Positions 42,246-53,061 of a stretch of DNA of 64,000 nt are shown piece after piece. A program made the position numbers and the translations under genes. Origin of the DNA: an uncultured Enterobacteriaceae bacterium. Lineage in GTDB: Bacteria > Myxococcota_A > UBA796 > SXON01. The notes beneath the pieces are model-generated. The model searched no databases and had not been told where the DNA came from. It was given only the letters and a program-made list of their open reading frames with translations. The stretch lies in the NCBI GenBank assembly GCA_964457335.1, contig CAYWGD010000015.1, positions 31,868 through 95,867 on the forward strand, written 5' to 3'. How positions within the stretch are numbered: position 1 is the stretch's first letter; each line of letters opens with the position of its first letter.

Positions 42246-43580
42246 CTACTGCGCGAGCGCCCGCGCACGCTCGCGCTCGGCGAGCGTGCCTCGCGCCAGC
42301 TCCTCGAAGATCGCGCCCCAGTCCGCGCGCGCCTTCAGCTGCTTCGCGATCTGGTACACGCCGCCGAGCCCGCGGTGCAGGAACACGAGCTCGTGGGGGG
42401 ACCGCAGCGCCTGGCCCGCCACGAGGCGCGGCACCAGCGCGGCGATCCGCTCGTGCACGTCGTCCTCGGGGCCGCCCATCGTGTAGTCGCCGCCCATGAA
42501 GGGGGTCCCGATCGTGCGGCAGAGGTCCCAGAGCACGTCCTCGGACGCCTCGTCGCCGCGCCGGGTGAGGGCCCGGATGCGCAGCGCCGCCTCCATGAGC
42601 GCCTCGCGGTCGTCGTACTTCGCGGCAAGGCCGCACTCGCCGTAGGACGCGATCCACTCCAGCTCGAGCCGGCGCACGCAGCCGAAGTCGAGGATGCCGA
42701 GGCGCCCGTCGGGGGAGAACAGGTAGTTGCCGGGGTGCGGGTCCGCGTGGATCGCGCGCAGCGTGTACTGCATCCGCATGAACGAGCGCCCGAGCGTGAC
42801 GCCGGCGCGCTGCTTCGCGGCCGTCGACGCGGTCGCCAGGAACACGGGCAGCGGGCGCCCCGTGAGCCGCTCCATCGTGAGCACCCGCGACGTGGACCAG
42901 CCCTCGTGCACGCGCGGCACGGTGACGTCGGGGTCATCGGCGAAGAAGCGCCGGAACTCCTCGAGGTTGGCGGCCTCCTTGCGGTAGTCGAGCTCCTCCT
43001 GGAGCCGCTCCTCGATCTCCTGGAAGATCGCGTCGAGCTCGTCTTTGGGCCGCCGCAGCACCCGCCCGGCGGTGAGCATGCTGCGGAGCGCGCCGAGGTC
43101 GGTGTGCACGCTCGTGTCGATGCCCTCGTGCAGGACCTTCACCACCACGTCGGTCCCGTCGGGGAGCTTCGCGGCGTGGGCCTGCCCGAGCGACGCGGTG
43201 CCGAGCGGCTCCGGATCGAAGGACGCGAAGAGCGTGTCGATGCCGCCGTTGAGCTCGGCCTCGACCCGCCGCTTCACCTGCTCGAAGGGGACCGGCTCCG
43301 CCTTGTCGTGCAGCTTCGCCAGGACCGAGCGCGCGTCATCCGGGAGCCCGAAGCCGTCCGCCATCTGCGCGACGGCCTGCCCCACCTTCATGGCGGCGCC
43401 CTTCAGCTGGCCCAGGTTCGCGGCGATGCGCGCCGCGTTCTCGTGGTGGGTGCGCTCCAGCGACGCCCGCCGCTCGTCCTCCCCCTGGAAGATGCCCGCC
43501 ACCTTCTGCCCGAGGTAGGACGACGAGACCCGGGTCGTCAGCGCGCCCAGCTGCGCCATGCGCGAGAGCTTCGAAGCCAT
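42246..43580 (-). CDS. ABC1/UbiB-family atypical kinase
   Basis: 'PLGTASLGQAHAAKL.DGTDVVVKV', 'EELDYRKEAAN', 'HADPHPGNYLF' and 'ILDFG'. The start is at 'MASKLSRMAQ' (ATG 43580). Confidence 0.85.
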   Translation of the reverse strand: MASKLSRMAQLGALTTRVSSSYLGQKVAGIFQGEDERRASLERTHHENAARIAANLGQLKGAAMKVGQAVAQMADGFGLPDDARSVLAKLHDKAEPVPFEQVKRRVEAELNGGIDTLFASFDPEPLGTASLGQAHAAKLPDGTDVVVKVLHEGIDTSVHTDLGALRSMLTAGRVLRRPKDELDAIFQEIEERLQEELDYRKEAANLEEFRRFFADDPDVTVPRVHEGWSTSRVLTMERLTGRPLPVFLATASTAAKQRAGVTLGRSFMRMQYTLRAIHADPHPGNYLFSPDGRLGILDFGCVRRLELEWIASYGECGLAAKYDDREALMEAALRIRALTRRGDEASEDVLWDLCRTIGTPFMGGDYTMGGPEDDVHERIAALVPRLVAGQALRSPHELVFLHRGLGGVYQIAKQLKARADWGAIFEELARGTLAERERARALAQ

Positions 43581-43728
43581 GCCGCGCCTTCTAACCGGCG
43601 CGCCTCCGTCGCAGACCCGAGCGCCGGCCCCGCGGCCGGACGATTCAAAAAGATACAGGTTGAACCAAGCGTTCCCGTGCCTACCTCCCCCCGACACGGC
43701 GCCGCCCCTCGGCGCCCCGGAGGGTTCC

Positions 43729-45186
43729 ATGGACATCGGGAAGCGCACGGCGCTCGTGGCCGGCGTCGTCGCGGGCGTTCTCGCCTGCCTGGCGGCGGTG
43801 GAGCGGGCGGACGCCCAGGACCAGCTGCCCACGCAGGGCCCTACCAAGAAGCCGGCCGAGCTCCCGGTGCCCGCGCGCGGCAAGACGAGCTACGCGGAGG
43901 TCGCGACGACCGAGCCCTTCGACAAGGTCCAGAAGCGCATGAGCGCGCAGAAGGACGAGCTCGGGAAGAAGCAGAAGGCGCTGCTCGAGGCCCGCTACGA
44001 CCTCTCGGACAAGCCCTCGGCGACCGTGAAGATGACCCGCGGCACCCCGGTCCAGACCGGCGTCCGCGTGAAGCTGAAGGAGGGGATGACCTGGCAGAAG
44101 CTGGCGTCGATGTCCCCCGCCGACATCCGGAAGCAGGGCGCGTGGCCCGCGGGCTTCCTCCCGCTCCCGCACCCGAACCACGACGAGGGAGGGATGGTCT
44201 TCCCCCAGCGTCACATCGACCTCGTCAAGAAGAACGAGAAGCGCGAGCTCACGCGCTTCGACCTCGACTTCGACCTCCCCGACCACCTCCTCCCCGAGTT
44301 CCCGCCCGCCATCTTCCTCACCACGCGCCCGGACCTCGGCGACGTCTCGCAAGGCCAGCTGGTCGGCACCCAGAACTTCTACGAGCTCTTCGACGGCGTC
44401 CTCAACCCCAAGCAGCTCGACGGGCTGCGGCTCCTCGTGTCGCAGTTCCCGCAGCAGCAGTTCAACCTCACGGACGACCGGCGCACCGTCGAGCCGAGCC
44501 TGGGCGTCGCCTGCTTCGACTGCCATGCCAACGGCCACACCAACGCCGCCACGCACCTCGTGGGCGACATCCGGCCGCAGGCCTTCCGCCGCCGCATCGA
44601 CACCCCCTCGCTCCGCGGCGTGAACCAGCAGCGCCTCTTCGGCTCCCAGCGCGCGCTCCGCACGGTCGAGGACTTCACCGAGTTCGAGCAGCGCGCAGCC
44701 TACTTCGACGGCGACCCCGTCATCGCCGCCAAGAAGGGCGTCCACTTCCTCGACCGCGGCCAGGAGGTGCACGCCATGGCCGAGTTCCAGGAGATCCTCG
44801 ACTTCCCGCCCGCGCCGAAGCTCGACGTGTTCGGGCGCCTCGACACGAGCCTCGCCACCCCGCAGGAGCTGCGTGGCGAGAAGGTGTTCTGGGGCAAGGG
44901 CCGCTGCGTCGAGTGCCACGAGCCGCCGCTCTTCACCGACAACTTCATGCACGATCTGAAGACCGAGCGCTTCTTCGACCCCATCCTCGTCAACGGGCGC
45001 ATGGCGGTCGCGGACGGGCAGATCAAGACCTTCCCGCTCCGCGGCATCAAGGAGAGCCCGCCGTACCTGCACGACGACCGGCTCCTGACGCTCGACGACA
45101 CGGTCGAGTTCTTCAACCTCGTGCTCGGGACGAAGCTCAGCGACCAGGAGAAGCAGGACCTCGTGGCCTACATGTACACGTTGTAG
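43729..45186 (+). CDS. dihaem cytochrome c peroxidase-family protein
   Basis: Signal peptide, then two haem motifs 'CFDCHANGH' and 'CVECHEPP', plus 'PSLRGV' and 'PPYLHDDRLLTLDDTVEFF'. RBS GGAGGG before ATG 43729. Confidence 0.65.
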   Translation: MDIGKRTALVAGVVAGVLACLAAVERADAQDQLPTQGPTKKPAELPVPARGKTSYAEVATTEPFDKVQKRMSAQKDELGKKQKALLEARYDLSDKPSATVKMTRGTPVQTGVRVKLKEGMTWQKLASMSPADIRKQGAWPAGFLPLPHPNHDEGGMVFPQRHIDLVKKNEKRELTRFDLDFDLPDHLLPEFPPAIFLTTRPDLGDVSQGQLVGTQNFYELFDGVLNPKQLDGLRLLVSQFPQQQFNLTDDRRTVEPSLGVACFDCHANGHTNAATHLVGDIRPQAFRRRIDTPSLRGVNQQRLFGSQRALRTVEDFTEFEQRAAYFDGDPVIAAKKGVHFLDRGQEVHAMAEFQEILDFPPAPKLDVFGRLDTSLATPQELRGEKVFWGKGRCVECHEPPLFTDNFMHDLKTERFFDPILVNGRMAVADGQIKTFPLRGIKESPPYLHDDRLLTLDDTVEFFNLVLGTKLSDQEKQDLVAYMYTL

Positions 45187-45198
45187 GCCGGCGGTCGG

Positions 45199-45906
45199 TC
45201 AGTACACGGTGAGCGCGCCCGCGTCGTCGGGCGTGTAGCCGTCGTCGGAGCCGGAGCCCGGGCAGCTGTCGCCGCCGCCGTCGCAGAAGGTCCAGGACGC
45301 GCCGCCGTCCGCGCTCGCGCGCACGGCGAAGTCGTAGCTCCCGGCCCCGGCCGGCGCGGCGAAGGTGCCCGCCCACTCGTCGTTCGCGAGGTCGCCAGGG
45401 ACGAGCCCGTCCTTGTCGAGGTTGTAGACCATCGGGGCCCAGGTCCAGCCGCCCGCGGCGGGGTCCGACCCGTCCGGTCCGTAGCCGAGCTCGAGCGTGA
45501 TCCCCGCGCCCACGCCGGGCCCCTCGGTCACGCCGGCCTGGTAGACCCAGCCGTACACGGGCTCGCAGGTGTCGCCGGCCGCGACGGTCTGCGCGCAGGG
45601 GTACTGCAGGTGGCAGTAGTCGATCGGGACCGGCACGACGGCGGTGTCGCCGGTGTCGGCCGTGTCCGCGGTGTCGGCCGTGTCCGCGGTGTCGGCCGTG
45701 TCCGCGGTGTCGGCCGTGTCCGCGGTGTCGCCGGCCTCGGAGGTATCGGCTGTGTCGGCGTCGGTGTCGGTGTCGGTGTCGGCATCGGTGTCCGCGTCCG
45801 TGTCGGCATCGGTGTCCGCGTCGGCCTCCCCCGTGTCGTCGCCGCCCGTGGGCGGGTTCACGCGCGTCTCGCAGGCGGCGAACAGGGCGAGCAAGACGAG
45901 CTTCAT
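45199..45906 (-). CDS. lipoprotein with long (D-T/A) acidic tandem-repeat linker
   Basis: Lipobox 'LALFAAC'. About 60 aa of 'DTDADTDA...TADTADTADTAD' follow. A Cys-containing C-terminal domain comes next ('IDYCHLQYPCAQ...WTFCDGGGDSC'). The start is ATG 45906 within track ORF 45199..46131. Confidence 0.65.
   Translation of the reverse strand: MKLVLLALFAACETRVNPPTGGDDTGEADADTDADTDADTDADTDTDTDADTADTSEAGDTADTADTADTADTADTADTADTADTGDTAVVPVPIDYCHLQYPCAQTVAAGDTCEPVYGWVYQAGVTEGPGVGAGITLELGYGPDGSDPAAGGWTWAPMVYNLDKDGLVPGDLANDEWAGTFAAPAGAGSYDFAVRASADGGASWTFCDGGGDSCPGSGSDDGYTPDDAGALTVY
45643..45825. repeat. coding tandem repeats (9/18-nt and 6/24-nt periods)
   Basis: Ten 9-nt units 'GGTGTCSSC' span 45643-45732, including four perfect 18-mers 'GGTGTCGGCCGTGTCCGC'. 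GTCGGY hexamers follow, including two adjacent 24-mers that differ only at the last base (45776-45799 and 45800-45823). Confidence 0.9.
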
Positions 45907-45992
45907 CGCGGCCTCGGATTCCTGCTTTTCTTGGGGCGGGGGGGCTCCGCACTCTATCGCGAGCCCGGGCGCGATCGTGTACGCTCGCCGGC

Positions 45993-47816
45993 GTGAACCC
46001 CCTCCTCCTCCTCGTCCTCGCCGCCTGCGACCTCGACCCCGACAAGGCCGGGCCCGACGCGGTCTCCTGCGAGTCGCTCCCCTCGAGCGCGTGGTCCGGC
46101 GACACCGTGTTCGAGGACCGAACCGACGCATGGGGCGTCACGGGCGCGGCCGGCGGACGGCTCCAGGCCGTGGACCTCGACGGCGACCGCTACCCCGACC
46201 TCGTCGTCACGAACGTGTTCTCGAACGCGCGCGACGACCTCGGGGCGGACCCGCCCGTCCGGCACCACTACGTGCTGATGAACCGCCCCGGCGACGACGG
46301 CGGGCGCGTGTTCGTCGACGAGACGGAGGCGAGCGGCCTCATCCAGAACCGCGACGGCGGCGTCGGCACCTCCGCCACGCTCTACATCTACGGCGACGTC
46401 GACGACGACGGTGATCTCGACGCCTTCGCCGGCCGCTACTACGACGCCGGCTCCGACGACGCGACGGGCGACTGCTCCGAGATCCTGCTGAACGACGGGA
46501 GCGGCCACTTCAGCTTCGCGGACCGCTCCGACCCCTGCGTGATCGAGGGCGCGCCCGTCACCGCCGGCTCCTTCACCGACCACGACGCCGACGGTGTCCT
46601 CGACCTGTGGGTCGTCGCGTTCTACGAGGAGTACGGCTACCTCGCGTCGGGGCAGGACCAGCTCTACAAGGGCAACGGCGACGGCACGTTCACGACCGTC
46701 ACCGACGACGTGGGCCTCACGCTCAAGCGTGGCCGCTCCACCGAGGACTACCTCGAGCGCGACGTGCGCCGCCCCGCCTACGGTGCCACCGCCTGCGACC
46801 TCGACGGCGACGCGCTCCCCGAGCTACTCGCGACGAACTACGGCCGCGCCTGGAACCAGCTCTGGCTCAACCAGGGCGGCGACTTCGTCGAGATCGGCGA
46901 GGAGGCCGGCTGGGACGCCGACGACGACCTCGACTACTCCGACAACTACATGTACGCCTGCTGGTACGAGGCGTACGGCACGTCCGGGGACCCCGAGCCC
47001 ACCGTCAACTGCGGCGGCGCGTTCCCGAGCGACTACTGGAACGCCGGCTACGACGACCAGCCCGCGCGCCTCGCCGGCAACACCTTCACGACCGTGTGCG
47101 CCGACATCGACAACGACGGCGACAACGACCTCTACGACGCCAACATCGTCCACGACTGGGCCGGCGAGTCGGCCGACCGCAGCCAGCTCCTCCTGAACGA
47201 CGGCTCGGCCTCCTTCGAGCGCGTCGACAACGACGACAACGGCCTCGCCCGCGAGCGGCCCCGCATGGGCTGGAACGAGGGCGACCTCCACGCCGCGTTC
47301 TTCGACTTCGACAACGACGGCTGGAAGGACATCGTGCTCGGGTCGAGCGACTACGAGGACACCCACGTGTGGCTCTGGCGGCAGGTCGAAGCCGGGCAGT
47401 TCGAGGAGGTCTCGGACGCCACCGGCCTCAACCACCCCTGGCCGGCCGGGATGGCCATCGCGGACTTCGACCTCGACGGCGATCTCGACTTCGCCACCGG
47501 GTCCAGCACCGCGCGCTCCGGCACGCCCTGGACCACGCGCGAGGTCCACTTCTACGAGAACACCTCCCCCGCCGGGAACTGGGTCCGCCTCGAGGGCCTC
47601 CCCGTCGGCGTGCGCGTCGACGTGACCGCGGGCGGCGTCACGCAGACGCAGGAGGTCTCCGGCGGCTACGGCCACGCCGGCATCCAGAACGACACCGCGC
47701 TCCACTTCGGCCTCGGCGACACCTGCGTCGTCGACGAGATCACCGCGACCTGGCCCGGCGGCGAGACGAAGACGTGGCCGGCCACGGCGGGGAACCGGGC
47801 GATCACGCTCGAATAG
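45993..47816 (+). CDS. CRTAC1-family protein (FG-GAP/VCBS repeats plus ASPIC/UnbV C-terminal domain), lipoprotein
   Basis: Lipobox 'LLVLAAC'. Repeated Ca-binding loops 'DLDGDRYPDLVV', 'DVDDDGDLDAF', 'DIDNDGDNDLY', 'DFDNDGWKDIV' and 'DFDLDGDLDF'. C-terminal 'SGGYGHAGIQNDTALHFGLG'. Confidence 0.8.
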   Translation: MNPLLLLVLAACDLDPDKAGPDAVSCESLPSSAWSGDTVFEDRTDAWGVTGAAGGRLQAVDLDGDRYPDLVVTNVFSNARDDLGADPPVRHHYVLMNRPGDDGGRVFVDETEASGLIQNRDGGVGTSATLYIYGDVDDDGDLDAFAGRYYDAGSDDATGDCSEILLNDGSGHFSFADRSDPCVIEGAPVTAGSFTDHDADGVLDLWVVAFYEEYGYLASGQDQLYKGNGDGTFTTVTDDVGLTLKRGRSTEDYLERDVRRPAYGATACDLDGDALPELLATNYGRAWNQLWLNQGGDFVEIGEEAGWDADDDLDYSDNYMYACWYEAYGTSGDPEPTVNCGGAFPSDYWNAGYDDQPARLAGNTFTTVCADIDNDGDNDLYDANIVHDWAGESADRSQLLLNDGSASFERVDNDDNGLARERPRMGWNEGDLHAAFFDFDNDGWKDIVLGSSDYEDTHVWLWRQVEAGQFEEVSDATGLNHPWPAGMAIADFDLDGDLDFATGSSTARSGTPWTTREVHFYENTSPAGNWVRLEGLPVGVRVDVTAGGVTQTQEVSGGYGHAGIQNDTALHFGLGDTCVVDEITATWPGGETKTWPATAGNRAITLE

Positions 47817-47824
47817 CGCGACCG

Positions 47825-48673
47825 CTACCCCTTGACCCCACCCGCGGTCAGCCCCTCCACGAGGTGGCGCTGGAGCGCGAAGAACAGCGCGGTGACCGGC
47901 AGGCTCACGAGGATGGCGCCCGCCGCGAAGTTGCCCCACTCCGCGCCGAACTCGCCGACGTAGCCGTTGAGGACGACGGGGAGCGTGTAGGCGCGCTCGT
48001 CGCCCATCAGCGTGGCGGCGAGGATGAACTCGTTCCAGGCGGTCATGAACGCGAAGAGCGCGGTCACCACCAGCGCGGGGCGGGCGAGCGGGAGGATGAC
48101 CTTCGTGAAGGTCGTCCACCGCGAGGCGCCGTCGAGCATGGCGGCCTCCTCGAGGTCCTTCGGGATGGTGTCGAAGTAGCCCTTGAGGTTCCACGTCGCG
48201 AACGGCACGGTGGTGGTCGAGTAGACGAGGATCAGCCCGCCGAGCGAGTCGAGGAGCCCCAGCGCGTCGAGAAGCAGGTAGAGCGGGATCGCCATCACGA
48301 CGCCGGGGAACATCTGCGTGAGCAGGAACGCGCCCATCAGGCGGTCCCGGCCCGGGAAGCTCCAGCGCGAGAGCGCGTACCCGGCGGTGCAGGCCAGCGC
48401 GACGCCGAGCACCGCCGTCACGCCGGAGACCACGAGCGAGTTGAAGAGCTGCCGCCCGAAGAGCCACGCGCCCGTGGCGTCGGTCGTGCCCACGACGGCC
48501 TCGAAGTTGGCGAGCGTGACCTCGGTGGGGAGCGGGTTGACCGACATCGAGAAGGTCTGGGCGGGCGCGAGGGCCATCTTCACCACCCAGAGCACCGGGA
48601 AGAGCGTGGCCGCGGTGAGCGCGACGAGCGCGGCGTGCGTGACGACGACCCGAGCGGCGGAGGGCGCGCGCAT
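47825..48673 (-). CDS. carbohydrate ABC transporter permease (MalG-like)
   Basis: 282 aa, 6 TM helices, EAA loop 'DLEEAAMLDGASRWTTFTKVILPLARPAL'. Confidence 0.9.
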   Translation of the reverse strand: MRAPSAARVVVTHAALVALTAATLFPVLWVVKMALAPAQTFSMSVNPLPTEVTLANFEAVVGTTDATGAWLFGRQLFNSLVVSGVTAVLGVALACTAGYALSRWSFPGRDRLMGAFLLTQMFPGVVMAIPLYLLLDALGLLDSLGGLILVYSTTTVPFATWNLKGYFDTIPKDLEEAAMLDGASRWTTFTKVILPLARPALVVTALFAFMTAWNEFILAATLMGDERAYTLPVVLNGYVGEFGAEWGNFAAGAILVSLPVTALFFALQRHLVEGLTAGGVKG

Positions 48674-50754
48674 TCAGACCACCTTCCGGCCCGCGAGGCG
48701 GTTCGCGGCGCGGCCGTAGAGCAGGAGCACGCCGAAGATGAGCACGGCGTAGGCGGCGGCGTAGCCGTAGCGGTGCCCGCGCGTGAAGGCCCAGCGGTAG
48801 GCCTGCGAGATGAGGATGTCCGTCGACCCGTCCGGCTCGCCCCCGCTCACCAGGTAGATGACGTTGAACATGTTGAAGGTCCAGACGCTCCCGAGGATGA
48901 CCGCGGGGAGGAGCGCCGGCTTGAGCAGCGGCAGCGTCACGTTGCGGAAGCGCTGCCAGCCCGTGGCGCCGTCGATCTCGGCGGCCTCCTCGAGGTCACG
49001 CGGGATGGCTTGGAGCGCCCCGAGCGTGACGACCATCATGAACGGGAAGCCGAGCCAGGTGTTCGTGGTCACGTTCGCGGCGAAGGCCGTCGACCACTGC
49101 GCGAACCACGAGACCGGCTCGAGCCCGAGCGCGACGAGCATGCCGTTGATCGCGCCGAACTGGCGGTGGAACATCCCCTTCCACACGAGCGCCGTGATGT
49201 AGCTGGGGATCGCCCACGGCAGGATGAGCAGCGCGCGGAACACGCCGCGGAGCCGCACCCACGGCTCGCGGAGCAGCATGGCGAGCGCGACGCCGATGGT
49301 CACGTGCAGCACCACGTTCGCGACGGTCCACGCCACCGTGACCGCGAGCGTGGACCAGAACGAGAGCGGGCTCGTGAGCGGGAAGTCGCGCGCGAGCACG
49401 ATGTCGAGGAAGTTGGCGAGGCCCACGAAGGTCCAGGCCTGCTCGTGGTACTCGAAGAGGCTCACCCCGGCGCCGACCACGAAGGGGAGCACCACGAGCA
49501 GCGTCATCGCGGTGAACGAGGGCGCGACCCAGGCGTAGGCGAAGCGCCACGCCGCGAAGGGCGCGCCGCGGGCCTCGCGGGCGATCCAGCCCACGGCCGC
49601 GAGGAGCCCGACGGCGCCGATCACCCACCAGGGCCGGGGATCCGCGGCGGCGGGGGGCGGCCGCGAGACGATGGCGTAGGTGGTCTGGGCCTCGCGGGCG
49701 GCCTCCTCGGGGCCGACGGCGCCGCGCACGAGGCGCCGGAGCGAGCGGGCCAGCGGCTCCCAGGTCCGCGCCATCTCGGCGCGCGTGGGCATCGGCACGG
49801 CGGCGTCGAGCTGCTGCCGGAAGGCCGCGCGGACGGGGTCCGCCACCTCGACGGCCACGGTGGCGACGAGCTGCTTCCCCTGCTCCGCGCGCACGCGGGC
49901 CGCCTCCTCGCCGATCATCCACGCGCCGAACGCCTCGGCGTCGCTGCCCGGGCGGGCGAGGAACAGCGCCTCCACCGTGACGTAGGGGGCGGCGGGCCGG
50001 CCCGTGGACGAGACCGTCGGGAGCGGGGCGACGCCGAAGTCGACGGCGGGGTCGATCTCGCCGAGGAACCAGGGCCCGTTCGCGACCATCGCGACCCGGC
50101 CCTCGTTGAAGAGCTGCGTGAGCAGGGCCCCGCTCGGGTCGGCGGGGCCGAGCGCGGCGAGCTCCTGCACGAAGCGCAGCCCGTCGACGTTCGCGGGGCT
50201 GTCGAGCGCGACGCCGTCCAGCCCGAACACGCCGCCGCCGTGCCCGTGGAGCCACGGCGCGACGGCGTAGGCGCTCGCGGCCTCCCACGCGAAGCCCCAG
50301 GATGCCGCGCCCTTCCGCGCCCGCGCGATCGCGAGCAGATCGTCGGTGGTGGCGGGCGGCGTCGGGACCAGCGCGCGGTTGTAGAAGAGCGCGTGCGACT
50401 TGTAGGCGAGCGGCCAGCCCCAGGCGCGGCCGTCGAGCGTGAGCGCCTCGACCGTGACAGGGTGGAGCGGGCCCGTGTCCAGCTGGACCGGCTGCACCAG
50501 CCCCTCGGCCGTCCACGCCCCGATCTTCTCGTGCGCGAAGACGAAGAGGTCCGGGCCGTTGCCGCGGGGGACGGCGGCCTCGAGCTTGGAGCCGAGGCTC
50601 TCGTAGGAGACGAACACGGGCCGCACGGGCGCTTCGGGGTGCGCGCCGTTCCACGTGGCCACGAGCGCGTCGAGGGCGGCGCGCTCGTCTCCGCGCCAGG
50701 CGTGCCAGAGCGTCACCTCCCCCGCGTGCGCGACGGCGAACGCGGCGGCGAGGA

Positions 50755-50758
<4 letters not shown>
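48674..50758 (-). CDS. fused maltodextrin-type solute-binding protein and MalF-like permease
   Basis: The N-terminal roughly 400 aa are SBP-like ('[11 protein letters not shown]...[13 protein letters not shown]...[16 protein letters not shown]'). An extra TM helix '[16 protein letters not shown]' follows, then a permease core with the EAA loop '[29 protein letters not shown]'. GTG 50758 overlaps the ATPase TGA. The track ORF's 5' extension to 51766 is out of frame with the real ATPase gene. Confidence 0.75.
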
Positions 50759-51732
<974 letters not shown>

Positions 51733-51735
51733 GTC

Positions 51736-52203
51736 CTACCTCCGCACGAACACGGCCTCGAGCCACGCGGGGTCGGCGGGCGCGCTCGGGTCGAGGCGCG
51801 CGGCGTCGAAGCGCGCGCCGAAGAGGGTGAGGAGCGCCCCCGCGTCGCGGGCGGGGAAGGCGCCGAACAGGAGGCCGCCGGGGCGGAGGGCGCGGGCCGC
51901 CGCCTCGACGTACCGCGCGCGGGCGGCGTCCCCGAGGACCGCGAAGCCGCCGGTCTCGCAGACGAGATCGAAGTCGCCGGGCGCCGCGTCCAGGAAGGAG
52001 CCCTCGATGGCCTCGATCCCGGGGGCCGCGCCGGGGCCGAACACGGTCACCCGGTACCCGCGGGCGTCCAGGGCGCGGGCCTCGGCGCCGCCCCAGGGGA
52101 GCGCGACGCGGGCCGGCGGGTGGTGCACGTGCGGGAGGAGACGGAGCACCACCGGGGTGCCGCGATCACGCGTGGGGCCGATGCCGGAGGGGGAGACGTT
52201 CAT
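51736..52203 (-). CDS. small methyltransferase-fold-like protein with degenerate SAM motif (hypothetical)
   Basis: 155 aa. 'RVALPWGGAEARAL' occupies the place of motif I (VLDLGCGxG), and 'ALRPGGLLF' resembles motif IV/V. Its stop is 3 nt before the ATPase start. Weak call. Confidence 0.3.
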   Translation of the reverse strand: MNVSPSGIGPTRDRGTPVVLRLLPHVHHPPARVALPWGGAEARALDARGYRVTVFGPGAAPGIEAIEGSFLDAAPGDFDLVCETGGFAVLGDAARARYVEAAARALRPGGLLFGAFPARDAGALLTLFGARFDAARLDPSAPADPAWLEAVFVRR

Positions 52204-52234
52204 CGTGACGACCGGTGTGTGACCGCGGCGTCTA

Positions 52235-52894
52235 TCACTCCGCGCAGTCGACCGTGAGCCGCCAGTTGCCGGTCTCGCCGCTTCGCCCGTCCACGACGAC
52301 GAGGTACTGGGCGCCCACGTCGGACCACACCTGGAGGATCTCGTCCTCGCCGCCGATCCCGGTGTCGTCGACCGCCTCGCATTCCCGGATGTTGGCGTCC
52401 CCGGTGGGGCAGGTGTCCTCATCGGCCCAGTAGAGCACGAAAAGATCCAGGTCCGCACACGGGGTGTCGAAGGTGAAGAACGCGGTGGTCTCGGCCGGGA
52501 TGAACAGGCTGTACACGCGCTCCGGGGCGTCGTAGTCCCATCGATCCACGTTCGGGGTGCAGTACCAGTCTTCCCAGTTCTCCCCGGCGTAGTCGTTGGA
52601 GCCGCCTTCGTTGGTGCCCACCACGACGTCACCACACGACAACGTCCCCGACCAGCAGTCGGGGCCACCCGGCGCGGCCGTCGACGGATTCTCGTCGCAG
52701 ATCCAGTCCACGTCGGTGTCCGTGTCGGCGTCGGTGTCGGCGTCGGTGTCGGAGTCCGTGTCGGCGTCGGAGTCCGCGTCGGAATCCGCGTCCGTGTCCG
52801 CGTCGGCCTGACCCGTCTCCTCCGCGTCGGAGGGCTTGACCTCGATCAGGTCGCAGCCGGCGAGCCCGTAGAGCAGCATCCCCCACGCGCGCAT
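52235..52894 (-). CDS. lipoprotein with (D-A/T/S) acidic repeat linker and PPC-like (pre-peptidase C-terminal) domain
   Basis: Lipobox 'GLAGC'. A linker 'DADTDADSDADSDADTDSDTDADTDADTDTD'. Then 'YSLFIP..TTAFFTFDTPCADLDLFVLY...AQYLVVVDGRSGETGNWRLTV'. Strong RBS GGAGGTGA before ATG 52894. Confidence 0.6.
   Translation of the reverse strand: MRAWGMLLYGLAGCDLIEVKPSDAEETGQADADTDADSDADSDADTDSDTDADTDADTDTDVDWICDENPSTAAPGGPDCWSGTLSCGDVVVGTNEGGSNDYAGENWEDWYCTPNVDRWDYDAPERVYSLFIPAETTAFFTFDTPCADLDLFVLYWADEDTCPTGDANIRECEAVDDTGIGGEDEILQVWSDVGAQYLVVVDGRSGETGNWRLTVDCAE
52711..52806. repeat. coding hexanucleotide tandem repeat
   Basis: Sixteen consecutive hexamers of the form NGTC[CG]G. A 19-mer 'GTGTCGGCGTCGGTGTCGG' (52722-52740) is identical to 45752-45770. 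Confidence 0.9.
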
Positions 52895-53061
52895 GTCACC
52901 TCCGTGCCGGTCACCGTACGCCCATCGCCGTGGGGTCGCAACCGCGACCTTGAAAGGGTGCCGGCTCCGCGCGTGTGTGAAGGTTCCGTCGGTCCCGTTC
53001 GAGTCTCTTGCCGTCGCCCCCCGGGGCATCTACGATTGAAACGTTCAGGTGACGAGGTCCC

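Noticed and set aside
45643-45825. Regularly spaced short direct repeats, considered as a possible CRISPR array (also 52711..52806).
   Set aside because: The repeats are contiguous with no spacers. Their periods are 6-24 nt, and they lie in frame inside lipoprotein genes, encoding Asp/Thr/Ala linkers. No cas genes are present.
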